Shown here piece after piece: positions 25,064 through 25,134 of a stretch of 25,134 bases of DNA. Every line of letters starts with the position of its first letter. Position 1 is the first letter of the stretch. The DNA is from a virus (taxonomy: Duplodnaviria > Heunggongvirae > Uroviricota > Caudoviricetes). Below the pieces are notes generated by a model. That model saw nothing but the letters and a program-made list of their open reading frames with translations, was not told the DNA's origin and searched no databases. Location of the stretch: positions 1 through 25,134 of IMG/VR virus record IMGVR_UViG_2778261505_000007; one strand, written 5' to 3'. Made by a program: the position numbers and the translations under genes.

Positions 25064-25134
25064 TGCCAGTCGTACCAACAGTATCCGGACGTCAGGTTGA
25101 GAGCCGTGGAGTTCAGTCAGCAGGCTTGCAGACG
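25063..25134 (+). CDS. Start of next virion gene (T7 gp15 position), truncated by window end
   Basis: ATG at 25063 overlapping the previous stop (TAATG); reading frame MPVVPTVSGRQVESRGVQSAGLQT stays open to the window end. Confidence 0.4.
   Translation, partial: MPVVPTVSGRQVESRGVQSAGLQT

Noticed and set aside
1-25134. CRISPR arrays, insertion sequences or transposase genes
   Set aside because: No regularly spaced direct repeats of CRISPR type and no transposase-like ORF or terminal inverted repeats were seen; the only tandem repeats are the origin iterons.

Overview
This window reads as the left arm and centre of a temperate, mosaic enterobacterial prophage, running from the integrase start (nt 1) into the virion genes. 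All calls are from reading the sequence and ORF translations by eye; no database search was run. Layout: (1) a P4/IntS-type tyrosine integrase on the + strand (1-1251); (2) a leftward early operon on the - strand (1255-4946) with a Cys/Trp-rich small ORF, a RecE-like exonuclease, a Bet/RecT annealing protein, an AlpA/Xis-like HTH protein, an MT-A70 adenine methyltransferase and small unknowns; (3) an immunity region with a CI-like two-HTH repressor (5100-5684, -) divergent from a Cro-like gene (5839-6069, +); (4) a replication module with an O-like initiator carrying internal iterons (ori about 6742-6867) and a lambda P-like helicase loader; (5) a nin-like block of small + strand genes (DUF1064-like, Ea22-like, DUF551-like, NinX-like, Cys-rich proteins); (6) terminase small and large subunits; (7) an AT-rich opposite-strand gene for a membrane-anchored coiled-coil protein (14302-15150, -) next to a phage-borne tRNA-Arg(UCU) (15373-15449, -); (8) a T7-like virion module (gp6.7-like, portal, scaffold, capsid, tail tubular A/B-like, internal virion proteins) running to the window end. 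The most interesting signals are the AT-rich membrane/coiled-coil gene with its tRNA, which is my best candidate for an undescribed accessory or defence function, and a 15-bp palindrome TTACC-N5-GGTAA present in at least 11 copies at the boundaries of most transcription units, including the late genes. No Q-like antiterminator or lysis cassette was recognised in the window. No CRISPR array or IS element was seen.
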